Source: the human T2T-CHM13v2.0 reference genome, Homo sapiens. From it: a stretch of 64,000 nucleotides of DNA. Both the position numbers and the translations under genes were made by a program. Below are positions 35,801-49,000 of this stretch, one piece after another. The notes beneath the pieces were generated by a model. It had not been told where the DNA came from. It saw only the letters and a list, made by a program, of their open reading frames with translations, and made no database searches. Numbering within the stretch: position 1 is the stretch's first letter; each line of letters opens with the position of its first letter. The DNA lies in assembly GCF_009914755.1 (NCBI RefSeq), contig NC_060947.1; one strand, written 5' to 3'.

Positions 35801-38800
35801 CACAGGCCTGAAAGTGCTCCAAATGTCCACTTGCAGATTCTGCCAAAAGAATATTTCAAAACTGCTCTATGAAAAGCAATGTTAAACTCTGCGGCTCGAA
35901 CACAAACATCACAAAGCAGTTTCTGAGAATGCTTCAGTTTAGTTTTTCTGTGGAAATATTCCCGTTTCCAAAGAAATCTTCAAAGAGGTCCACGTATCCA
36001 CTTACAGATTCTACAAAAAGACAGTTTCAAAACTGCTCAATCAAAAGGAGGGTTCAACTGTGTGACTTGAATGCAATCATCACTCAGAAGTTTCTGAGAA
36101 TGCTTCTCTTTAGTTTTTACGTGAACATATACCCGTTTCGAACGAAGGCCACGCAGTGGTCCAAATATCCACTTGCAGATTCTACAGAAAGAGTGTTTCG
36201 AACCTGAACTCTCAAAGGCAGGTTCATCTCTGCGAGTTAAATGCATTCATCATGAAGAACTTTCTCAGAGTGTTTGTGTTTAGTTACGGGAAATTATTCC
36301 CGTTTCCAACGAAATCCTCAGAGAGGTCCAAATATCCACCTGCAGATTCTACCAAAAGTGTATTTGGAAACTGCTCCGTCAAAAGGCATGCTCAGCTCTG
36401 TGAGCGAAACTCCATCATCACAAAGAATATTCTCAGAATGCTTCCGTTTGCCTTTTATATGAAGTTTCTTCCTATACGACCGTAGGCCTCAAAGCAGTCC
36501 AAATCTCCATTTGCAGATTCTACAAAAAGAGTGATTCCAATCTGCACTATCAATAGGATTGTTCAACTCCATGAGTTGAATGCCATCCTCACAAAGTCGT
36601 TTCTGAGAATGCTTCTATCTAGTTTTCATGTGAAGATATTTCCTTTTCCACCACAGGCCTCAAAGCCCTCCAAACGTCCACTTGCAGATTCTCGAAAAAG
36701 AGTGTTTCATAGCTGCTCTTTCAAAAGGAAAGTTCAACTCTGGGAGTTGAATACAAACATCACAAAGTAGTTTCCGAGAATGCTTCTGTTTAGTTCTTAT
36801 GTGAAGATGATCCCGTTTCCAGTGAAATCTTCAAAGAGGTCCACATATCCCCTTGCAGATTCCAAAGAAAGAGGGTTTCAAAACTGCTCCATCAAAAGGA
36901 TTGTTCAACTCTGTGAGTGGAATGCAGTCATCGCAGAAAACTTTCTGAGAATGCTTCTGTCTAGGTTTGATGTGAAGATATAGACGTTTCAAACGAAGGC
37001 TACAAAGTGGTCAAAATATACACTTGCAGATTCTACTACAAGGGTGTTGCAAACCTGAACTATGAAAGGAAGGTTCAACTCTGTGAGTTGAATACAAACA
37101 TCGCAAAGAATGCTCTGAGTTTGCTTCCGTTCAGTTATGGGAAGTTGATCCCGTTCCCAACGAAATCCTCAGAGAGGTCCAAATATCCCCTTGCAGATTC
37201 TACAAAACGTGTGTTTGGAAACTGCTCCATCATAACGAATGTTCAGCTCTCTGAGTTAAACTCCATCGTCACAAAGAATTTTCTGAGAGTGCTACCGTCT
37301 AATTTTTATATGAAGTTCTTTCCTTTACTACCACAGTCCTCAAAGCGGTCCAAATCTCCACTTGCAGATTCTACAAAAAGAGTGTTTGCAAACTGCTCTA
37401 TCAAAAGGAATGTTCAACTCTGGGAGTTGAATGCAATCATCACAGAGCAGTTTCTGAGAATGCTTCTATGTCGTTTTTAGGAGAAGATATTTCCTTTTCC
37501 AACACAGTCCTCCAAGCCCGCTAAATATCCACTTGCACATTGTAGAAAAAGTGTGTCGAAGCTGCGCTATCAAAGGGAAAGTTCAACTCTGTGAGGTGAA
37601 TGCAAACATCCCAAAGAAGTTTCTGAGAATGCTTCCGTTTAGCTTTTAGGTGAAGATTATCCCGTTTGCAACGAAATCTTCAAAGAGGTCCAAATATCCC
37701 CTTGCGGATCCCACAGAAAGAGTGTTTCGAAGCTGCTGTTTCAAAAGGAATCTTCAACTCTGTGAGTTGAATGCAATCATCACAAAGAAGTTTCCGACAA
37801 TGCTTCTCTCTCGTCTTTCTGTGAAGAGAAAGGAAAAGGCTTTCAGGCCTTTTCCACCACAGGCCTGAAAGCGCTCCAAATGTCCACTTGCAGATTCTGC
37901 CAAAAGAATATTTCAAAACTGCTCTATGAAAAGCAATGTTAAACTCTGCGGCTCGAACACAAACATCACAAAGCAGTTTCTGAGAATGCTTCAGTTTAGT
38001 TTTTCTGTGGAAATATTCCCGTTTCCAAAGAAATCTTCAAAGAGGTCCACGTATCCACTTACAGATTCTACAAAAAGACAGTTTCAAAACTGCTCAATCA
38101 AAAGGAGGGTTGACCTGTGTGACTTGAATGCAATCATCACTCAGAAGTTTCTGAGAATGCTTCTCTTTAGTTTTTACGTGAACATATACACGTTTCGAAC
38201 GAAGGCCACGCAGTGGTCCAAATATCCACTTGCAGATTCTACAGAAAGAGTGTTTCGAACCTGAACTCTCAAAGGCAGGTTCATCTCTGCGAGTTAAATG
38301 CATTCATCATGAAGAACTTTCTCAGAGTGTTTGTGTTTAGTTATGGGAAATTATTCCCGTTTCCAACGAAATCCTCAGAGAGGTCCAAATATCCACCTGC
38401 AGATTCTACCAAAAGTGTATTTGGAAACTGCTCCATCAAAAGGCATGTTCAGCTCTGTGAGCGAAACTCCATCATCACAAAGAATATTCTGAGAATGCTT
38501 CCGTTTGCCTTTTATATGAGGTTCCTTCCTATACGACCGTAGGCCTCAAAACAGTCCAAATCTCCATTTGCAGATTCTACAAAAAGAGTGATTCCAATCT
38601 GCTCTATCAATAGGATTGTTCAACTCCATGAGTTGAATGCCATCCTCACAAAGTCGTTTCTGAGAATGCTTCTATCTAGTTTTCATGTGAAGATATTTCC
38701 TTTTCCACCACAGGCCTCAAAGCCCTCCAAACGTCCACTTGCAGATTCTCGAAAAAGAGTGTTTCATAGCTGCTCTTTCAAAAGGAAAGTTCAACTCTGG

Positions 38801-41800
38801 GAGTTGAACACAAACATCACAAAGTAGTTTCCGAGAATGCTTCTGTTTAGTTCTTATGTGAAGATGATCCCGTTTCCAGTGAAATCTTCAAAGAGGTCCA
38901 CATATCCCCTTGCAGATTCCAAAGAAAGAGGGTTTCAAAACTGCTCCATCAAAGGGATTGTGCAACTCTGTGAGTTGAATGCAGTCATCGCAGAAAACTT
39001 TCTGAGAATGCTTCTGTCTAGGTTTGATGTGAAGATATAGACGTTTCAAACGAAGGCTACAAAGTGGTCAAAATATACACTTGCAGATTCTACTACAAGG
39101 GTGTTGCAAACCTCAACTATCAAAGGAAGGTTCAACTCTGTGAGTTGAATACAAACATCACAAAGAATGCTCTGAGTTTGCTTCCGTTCAGTTATGGGAA
39201 GTTGATCCCGTTTCCAACGAAATCCCCAGAGAGGTCCAAATATCCCCTTGCAGATTCTACAAAACGTGTGTTTGGAAACTGCTCCATCATAACGAATGTT
39301 CAGCTCTCTGAGTTAAACTCCATCGTCACAAAGAATTTTCTGAGAGTGCTACCGTCTAGTTTTTATATGAAGTTCTTTCCTTTACTACCACAGGCCTCAA
39401 AGCGGTCCAAATCTCCACTTGCAGATTCTACAAAAAGAGTGTTTGCAAACTGCTCTATCAAAAGGAATGTTCAACTCTGGGAGTTGAATGCAATCATCAC
39501 AGAGCAGTTTCTGAGAATGCTTCTATGTCGTTTTTAGGAGAAGATATTTCCTTTTCCAACACAGTCCTCCAAGCCCGCTAAATATCCACTTGCACATTGT
39601 AGAAAAAGTGTGTCGAAGCTGCGCTATCAAAGGGAAAGTTCAACTCTGTGAGGTGAATGCAAACATCCCAAAGAAGTTTCTGAGAATGCTTCCGTTTAGC
39701 TTTCAGGTGAAGATTATCCCGTTTCCAACGAAATCTTCAAAGAGGTCCAAATATCCCCTTGCGGATCCCACAGAAAGAGTGTTTCGAAACTGATGTTTCA
39801 AAAGGAATCTTCAACTCTGTGAGTTGAATGCAATCATCACAAAGAAGTTTCCGACAGTGCTTCTCTCTCGTCTTTCTGTGAAGAGAAAGGAAAAGGCTTT
39901 CAGGCCTTTTCCACCACAGGCCTGAAAGTGCTCCAAATGTCCACTTGCAGATTCTGCCAAAAGAATATTTCAAAACTGCTCTATGAAAAGCAATGTTAAA
40001 CTCTGCGGCTCGAACACAAACATCACAAAGCAGTTTCTGAGAATGCTTCAGTTTAGTTTTTCTGTGGAAATATTCCCGTTTCCAAAGAAATCTTCAAAGA
40101 GGTCCACGTATCCACTTACAGATTCTACAAAAAGACAGTTTCAAAACTGCTCAATCAAAAGGAGGGTTCAACTGTGTGACTTGAATGCAATCATCACTCA
40201 GAGGTTTCTGAGAATGCTTCTCTTTAGTTTTTACGTGAACATATACCCGTTTCGAACGAAGGCCACCCAGTGGTCCAAATATCCACTTGCAGATTCTACA
40301 GAAAGAGTGTTTCGAACCTGAACTCTCAAAGGCAGGTTCATCTCTGCGAGTTAAATGCATTCATCATGAAGAACTTTCTCAGCGTGTTTGTGTTTAGTTA
40401 TGGGAAATTATTCCCTGTTCCAACGAAATCCTCAGAGAGCTCCAAATATCCACCTGCAGATTCTACCAAAAGTGTATTTGGAAACTGCTCCATCAAAAGG
40501 CATGTTCAGCTCTGTGAGCGAAACTCCATCATCACAAAGAATATTCTGAGAATGCTTCCGTTTGCCTTTTATATGAAGTTCCTTCCTATACGACCGTAGG
40601 CCTCAAAGCAGTCCAAATCTCCATTTGCAGATTCTACAAAAAGAGTGATTCCAATCTGCTCTATCAATGGGATTGTTCAACTCCATGAGTTGAATGCCAT
40701 CCTCACAAAGTCGTTTCTGAGAATGCTTCTATCTAGTTTTTATGTGAAGATATTTCCTTTTCCACCACAGGCCTCAAAGCCCTCCAAACGTCCACTTGCA
40801 GATTCTCGAAAAAGAGTGTTTCATAGCTGCTCTTTCAAAAGGAAAGTTCAACTCTGGGAGGTGAATACAAACATCACAAAGTAGTTTCTGAGAATGCTTC
40901 TGTTTAGTTCTTATGTGAAGATGATCCCGTTTCCAGTGAAATCTTCAAAGAGGTCCACATATCCCCTTGCAGATTCCAAAGAAAGAGGGTTTCAAAACTG
41001 CTCCATCAAAAGGATTGTTCAACTCTGTGAGTGGAATGCAGTCATCGCAGAAAACTTTCTGAGAATGCTTCTGTCTAGGTTTGATGTGAAGATATAGACG
41101 TTTCAAACGAAGGCTACAAAGTGGTCAAAATATACACTTGCAGATTCTACTACAAGGGTGTTGCAAACCTGAACTATCAAAGGAAGGTTCAACTCTGTGA
41201 GTTGAATACAAACATCACAAAGAATGCTCTGAGTTTGCTTCCGTTCAGTTATGGGAAGTTGATCCCGTTTCCAACGAAATCCTCAGAGAGGTCCAAATAT
41301 CCCCTTGCAGATTCTACAAAACGTGTGTTTGGAAACTGCTCCATCATAACGAATGTTCAGCTCTCTGAGTTAAACTCCATCGTCACAAAGAATTTTCTGA
41401 GAGTGCTACCGTCTAGTTTTTATATGAAGTTCTTTCCTTTACTACCACAGGCCTCAAAGCGGTCCAAATCTCCACTTGCAGATTCTACAAAAAGAGTGTT
41501 TGCAAACTGCTCTATCAAAAGGAATGTTCAACTCTGGGAGTTGAATGCAATCATCACAGAGCAGTTTCTGAGAATGCTTCTATGTCGTTTTTAGGAGAAG
41601 ATATTTCCTTTTCCAACACAGTCCTCCAAGCCCGCTAAATATCCACTTGCACATTGTAGAAAAAGTGTGTCGAAGCTACGCTATCAAAGGGAAAGTTCAA
41701 CTCTGTGAGGTGAATGCAAACATCCCAAAGAAGTTTCTGAGAATGCTTCCGTTTAGCTTTCAGGTGAAGATTATCCCGTTTCCAGCGAAATCTTCAAAGA

Positions 41801-43090
41801 GGTCCAAATATCCCCTTGCAGATCCCACAGAAAGAGTGTTTCGAAACTGCTGTTTCAAAAGGAATCTTCAACTCTGTGAGTTGAATGCAATCATCACAAA
41901 GAAGTTTCCGACAATGCTTCTCTCTCGTCTTTCTGTGAAGATAAAGGAAAAGGCTTTCAGGCCTTTTCCACCACAGGCCTGAAAGCGCTCCAAATGTCCA
42001 CTTGCAGATTCTGCCAAAAGAATATTTCAAAACTGCTCTATGAAAAGCAATGTTAAACTCTGCGGCTCGAACACAAACATCACAAAGTAGTTTCTGAGAA
42101 TGCTTCAGTTTAGTTTTTCTGTGGAAATATTCCCGTTTCCAAAGAAATCTTCAAAGAGGTCCACATATCCACTTACAGATTCTACAAAAAGACAGTTTCA
42201 AAACTGCTCAATCAAAAGGAGGGTTCAACTGTGTGACTTGAATGCAATCATCACTCAGAGGTTTCTGAGAATGCTTCTCTATAGTTTTTACGTGAACATA
42301 TACCCGTTTCGAACGAAGGCCACCCAGTGGTCCAAATATCCACTTGCAGATTCTACAGAAAGAGTGTTTCGAACCTGAACTCTCAAAGGCAGGTTCATCT
42401 CTGCGAGTTAAATGCATTCATGATGAAGAACTTTCTCAGCGTGTTTGTGTTTAGTTATGTGAAATTATTACCGTTTCCAACGAAATCCTCAGAGAGCTCC
42501 AAATATCCACCTGCAGATTCTACCAAAAGTGTATTTGGAAACTGCTCCATCAAAAGGCATGTTCAGCTCTGTGAGCGAAACTCCATCATCACAAAGAATA
42601 TTCTGAGAATGCTTCCGTTTGCCTTTTATATGAAGTTCCTTCCTATACGACCGTAGGCCTCAAAGCAGTCCAAATCTCCATTTGCAGATTCTACAAAAAG
42701 AGTGATTCCAATCTGCTCTATCAATAGGATTGTTCAACTCCATGAGTTGAATGCCATCCTCACAAAGTAGTTTCTGAGAATGCTTCTATCTAGTTTTTAT
42801 GTGAAGATATTTCCTTTTCCACCACAGGCCTCAAAGCCCTCCAAACGTCCACTTGCAGATTCTCGAAAAAGAGTGTTTCACAGCTGCTCTTTCAAAAGGA
42901 AAGTTCAACTCTGGGAGGTGAATACAATCATCACAAAGTAGTTTCTGAGAATGCTTCTGTTTAGTTCTTTTGTGAAGATGATCCCGTTTCCAGTGAAATC
43001 TTCAAAGAGGTCCACATATCCCCTTGCAGATTCCAAAGAAAGAGGGTTTCAAAACTGCTCCATCAAAAGGATTGTTCAACTCTGTGAGTT

Positions 43091-46000
43091 GAATGCAGTC
43101 ATCGCAGAAAACTTTCTGAGAATGCTTCTGTCTAGGTTTGATGTGAAGATATAGACGTTTCAAACGAAGGCTACAAAGTGGTCAAAATATACACTTGCAG
43201 ATTCTACTACAAGGGTGTTGCAAACCTGAACTATCAAAGGAAGGTTCAACTCTGTGAGTTGAATACAAACATCACAAAGAATGCTCTGAGTTTGCTTCCG
43301 TTCAGTTATGGGAAGTTGATCCCGTTTCCAACGAAATCCTCAGAGAGGTCCAAATATCCCCTTGCCGATTCTACAAAACGTGTGTTTGGAAACTGCTCCA
43401 TCATAACGAATGTTCAGCTCTCTGAGTTAAACTCCATCGTCACAAAGAATTTTCTGAGAGTGCTACCGTCTAGTTTTTATATGAAGTTCTTTCCTTTACT
43501 ACCACAGTCCTCAAAGCGGTCCAAATCTCCACTTGCAGATTCTACAAAAAGAGTGTTTGCAAACTGCTCTATCAAAAGGAATGTTCAACTCTGGGAGTTG
43601 AATGCAATCATCACAGAGCAGTTTCTGAGAATGCTTCTATGTCGTTTTTAGGAGAAGATATTTCCTTTTCCAACACAGTCCTCCAAGCCCGCTAAATATC
43701 CACTTGCACATTGTAGAAAAAGTGTGTCGAAGCTGCGCTATCAAAGGGAAAGTTCAACTCTGTGAGGTGAATGCAAACATCCCAAAGAAGTTTCTGAGAA
43801 TGCTTCCGTTTAGCTTTTAGGTGAAGATTATCCCGTTTCCAACGAAATCTTCAAAGAGGTCCAAATATCCCCTTGCGGATCCCACAGAAAGAGTGTTTCG
43901 AAACTGCTGTTTCAAAAGGAATCTTCAACTCTGTGAGTTGAATGCAATCATCACAAAGAAGTTTCCGACAATGCTTCTCTCTCGTCTTTCTGTGAAGAGA
44001 AAGGAAAAGGCTTTCAGGCCTTTTCCACCACAGGCCTGAAAGCGCTCCAAATGTCCACTTGCAGATTCTGCCAAAAGAATATTTCAAAACTGCTCTATGA
44101 AAAGCAATGTTAAACTCTGCGGCTCGAACACAAACATCACAAAGCAGTTTCTGAGAATGCTTCAGTTTAGTTTTTCTGTGGAAATATTCCCGTTTCCAAA
44201 GAAATCTTCAAAGAGGTCCACGTATCCACTTACAGATTCTACAAAAAGACAGTTTCAAAACTGCTCAATCAAAAGGAGGGTTGACCTGTGTGACTTGAAT
44301 GCAATCATCACTCAGAAGTTTCTGAGAATGCTTCTCTTTAGTTTTTACGTGAACATATACCCGTTTCGAACGAAGGCCACGCAGTGGTCCAAATATCCAC
44401 TTGCAGATTCTACAGAAAGAGTGTTTCGAACCTGAACTCTCAAAGGCAGGTTCATCTCTGCGAGTTAAATGCATTCATCATGAAGAACTTTCTCAGAGTG
44501 TTTGTGTTTAGTTATGGGAAATTATTCCCGTTTCCAACGAAATCCTCAGAGAGGTCCAAATATCCACCTGCAGATTCTACCAAAAGTGTATTTGGAAACT
44601 GCTCCATCAAAAGGCATGCTCAGCTCTGTGAGCGAAACTCCATCATCACAAAGAATATTCTGAGAATGCTTCCGTTTGCCTTTTATATGAAGTTCCTTCC
44701 TATACGACCGTAGGCCTCAAAACAGTCCAAATCTCCATTTGCAGATTCTACAAAAAGAGTGATTCCAATCTGCTCTATCAATAGGATTGTTCAACTCCAT
44801 GAGTTGAATGCCATCCTCACAAAGTCGTTTCTGAGAATGCTTCTATCTAGTTTTCATGTGAAGATATTTCCTTTTCCACCACAGGCCTCAAAGCCCTCCA
44901 AACGTCCACTTGCAGATTCTCGAAAAAGAGTGTTTCATAGCTGCTCTTTCAAAAGGAAAGTTCAACTCTGGGAGTTGAACACAAACATCACAAAGTAGTT
45001 TCCGAGAATGCTTCTGTTTAGTTCTTATGTGAAGATGATCCCGTTTCCAGTGAAATCTTCAAAGAGGTCCACATATCCCCTTGCAGATTCCAAAGAAAGA
45101 GGGTTTCAAAACTGCTCCATCAAAGGGATTGTGCAACTCTGTGAGTTGAATGCAGTCATCGCAGAAAACTTTCTGAGAATGCTTCTGTCTAGGTTTGATG
45201 TGAAGATATAGACGTTTCAAACGAAGGCTACAAAGTGGTCAAAATATACACTTGCAGATTCTACTACAAGGGTGTTGCAAACCTCAACTATCAAAGGAAG
45301 GTTCAACTCTGTGAGTTGAATACAAACATCACAAAGAATGCTCTGAGTTTGCTTCCGTTCAGTTATGGGAAGTTGATCCCGTTTCCAACGAAATCCCCAG
45401 AGAGGTCCAAATATCCCCTTGCAGATTCTACAAAACGTGTGTTTGGAAACTGCTCCATCATAACGAATGTTCAGCTCTCTGAGTTAAACTCCATCGTCAC
45501 AAAGAATTTTCTGAGAGTGCTACCGTCTAGTTTTTATATGAAGTTCTTTCCTTTACTACCACAGGCCTCAAAGCGGTCCAAATCTCCACTTGCAGATTCT
45601 ACAAAAAGAGTGTTTGCAAACTGCTCTATCAAAAGGAATGTTCAACTCTGGGAGTTGAATGCAATCATCACAGAGCAGTTTCTGAGAATGCTTCTATGTC
45701 GTTTTTAGGAGAAGATATTTCCTTTTCCAACACAGTCCTCCAAGCCCGCTAAATATCCACTTGCACATTGTAGAAAAAGTGTGTCGAAGCTGCGCTATCA
45801 AAGGGAAAGTTCAACTCTGTGAGGTGAATGCAAACATCCCAAAGAAGTTTCTGAGAATGCTTCCGTTTAGCTTTCAGGTGAAGATTATCCCGTTTCCAAC
45901 GAAATCTTCAAAGAGGTCCAAATATCCCCTTGCGGATCCCACAGAAAGAGTGTTTCGAAACTGATGATTCAAAAGGAATCTTCAACTCTGTGAGTTGAAT

Positions 46001-49000
46001 GCAATCATCACAAAGAAGTTTCCGACAGTGCTTCTCTCTCGTCTTTCTGTGAAGAGAAAGGAAAAGGCTTTCAGGCCTTTTCCACCACAGGCCTGAAAGT
46101 GCTCCAAATGTCCACTTGCAGATTCTGCCAAAAGAATATTTCAAAACTGCTCTATGAAAAGCAATGTTAAACTCTGCGGCTCGAACACAAACATCACAAA
46201 GCAGTTTCTGAGAATGCTTCAGTTTAGTTTTTCTGTGGAAATATTCCCGTTTCCAAAGAAATCTTCAAAGAGGTCCACGTATCCACTTACAGATTCTACA
46301 AAAAGACAGTTTCAAAACTGCTCAATCAAAAGGAGGGTTCAACTGTGTGACTTGAATGCAATCATCACTCAGAGGTTTCTGAGAATGCTTCTCTTTAGTT
46401 TTTACGTGAACATATACCCGTTTCGAACGAAGGCCACCCAGTGGTCCAAATATCCACTTGCAGATTCTATAGAAAGAGTGTTTCGAACCTGAACTCTCAA
46501 AGGCAGGTTCATCTCTGCGAGTTAAATGCATTCATCATGAAGAACTTTCTCAGCGTGTTTGTGTTTAGTTATGGGAAATTATTCCCTTTTCCAACGAAAT
46601 CCTCAGAGAGCTCCAAATATCCACCTGCAGATTCTACCAAAAGTGTATTTGGAAACTGCTCCATCAAAAGGCATGTTCAGCTCTGTGAGCGAAACTCCAT
46701 CATCACAAAGAATATTCTGAGAATGCTTCCGTTTGCCTTTTATATGAAGTTCCTTCCTATACGACCGTAGGCCTCAAAGCAGTCCAAATCTCCATTTGCA
46801 GATTCTACAAAAAGAGTGATTCCAATCTGCTCTATCAATGGGATTGTTCAACTCCATGAGTTGAATGCCATCCTCACAAAGTCGTTTCTGAGAATGCTTC
46901 TATCTAGTTTTTATGTGAAGATATTTCCTTTTCCACCACAGGCCTCAAAGCCCTCCAAACGTCCACTTGCAGATTCTCGAAAAAGAGTGTTTCATAGCTG
47001 CTCTTTCAAAAGGAAAGTTCAACTCTGGGAGGTGAATACAAACATCACAAAGTAGTTTCTGAGAATGCTTCTGTTTAGTTCTTATGTGAAGATGATCCCG
47101 TTTCCAGTGAAATCTTCAAAGAGGTCCACATATCCCCTTGCAGATTCCAAAGAAAGAGGGTTTCAAAACTGCTCCATCAAAAGGATTGTTCAACTCTGTG
47201 AGTGGAATGCAGTCATCGCAGAAAACTTTCTGAGAATGCTTCTGTCTAGGTTTGATGTGAAGATATAGACGTTTCAAACGAAGGCTACAAAGTGGTCAAA
47301 ATATACACTTGCAGATTCTACTACAAGGGTGTTGCAAACCTGAACTATCAAAGGAAGGTTCAACTCTGTGAGTTGAATACAAACATCACAAAGAATGCTC
47401 TGAGTTTGCTTCCGTTCAGTTATGGGAAGTTGATCCCGTTTCCAACGAAATCCTCAGAGAGGTCCAAATATCCCCTTGCAGATTCTACAAAACGTGTGTT
47501 TGGAAACTGCTCCATCATAACGAATGTTCAGCTCTCTGAGTTAAACTCCATCGTCACAAAGAATTTTCTGAGAGTGCTACCGTCTAGTTTTTATATGAAG
47601 TTCTTTCCTTTACTACCACAGGCCTCAAAGCGGTCCAAATCTCCACTTGCAGATTCTACAAAAAGAGTGTCTGCAAACTGCTCTATCAAAAGGAATGTTC
47701 AACTCTGGGAGTTGAATGCAATCATCACAGAGCAGTTTCTGAGAATGCTTCTATGTCGTTTTTAGGAGAAGATATTTCCTTTTCCAACACAGTCCTCCAA
47801 GCCCGCTAAATATCCACTTGCACATTGTAGAAAAAGTGTGTCGAAGCTACGCTATCAAAGGGAAAGTTCAACTCTGTGAGGTGAATGCAAACATCCCAAA
47901 GAAGTTTCTGAGAATGCTTCCGTTTAGCTTTCAGGTGAAGATTATCCCGTTTCCAGCGAAATCTTCAAAGAGGTCCAAATATCCCCTTGCAGATCCCACA
48001 GAAAGAGTGTTTCGAAACTGCTGTTTCAAAAGGAATCTTCAACTCTGTGAGTTGAATGCAATCATCACAAAGAAGTTTCCGACAATGCTTCTCTCTCGTC
48101 TCTCTGTGAAGATAAAGGAAAAGGCTTTCAGGCCTTTTCCACCACAGGCCTGAAAGCGCTCCAAATGTCCACTTGCAGATTCTGCCAAAAGAATATTTCA
48201 AAACTGCTCTATGAAAAGCAATGTTAAACTCTGCGGCTCGAACACAAACATCACAAAGCAGTTTCTGAGAATGCTTCAGTTTAGTTTTTCTGTGGAAATA
48301 TTCCCGTTTCCAAAGAAATCTTCAAAGAGGTCCACGTATCCACTTACAGATTCTACAAAAAGACAGTTTCAAAACTGCTCAATCAAAAGGAGGGTTCAAC
48401 TGTGTGACTTGAATGCAATCATCACTCAGAAGTTTCTGAGAATGCTTCTCTTTAGTTTTTACGTGAACATATACCCGTTTCGAACGAAGGCCACCCAGTG
48501 GTCCAAATATCCACTTGCAGATTCTACAGAAAGAGTGTTTCGAACCTGAACTCTCAAAGGCAGGTTCATCTCTGCGAGTTAAATGCATTCATCATGAAGA
48601 ACTTTCTCAGAGTGTTTGTGTTTAGTTATGTGAAATTATTCCCGTTTCCAACGAAATCCTCAGAGAGCTCCAAATATCCACCTGCAGATTCTACCAAAAG
48701 TGTATTTGGAAACTGCTCCATCAAAAGGCATGTTCAGCTCTGTGAGCGAAACTCCATCATCACAAAGAATATTCTGAGAATGCTTCCGTTTGCCTTTTAT
48801 ATGAAGTTCCTTCCTATACGACCGTAGGCCTCAAAGCAGTCCAAATCTCCATTTGCAGATTCTACAAAAAGAGTGATTCCAATCTGCTCTATCAATAGGA
48901 TTGTTCAACTCCATGAGTTGAATGCCATCCTCACAAAGTAGTTTCTGAGAATGCTTCTATCTAGTTTTTATGTGAAGATATTTCCTTTTCCACCACAGGC

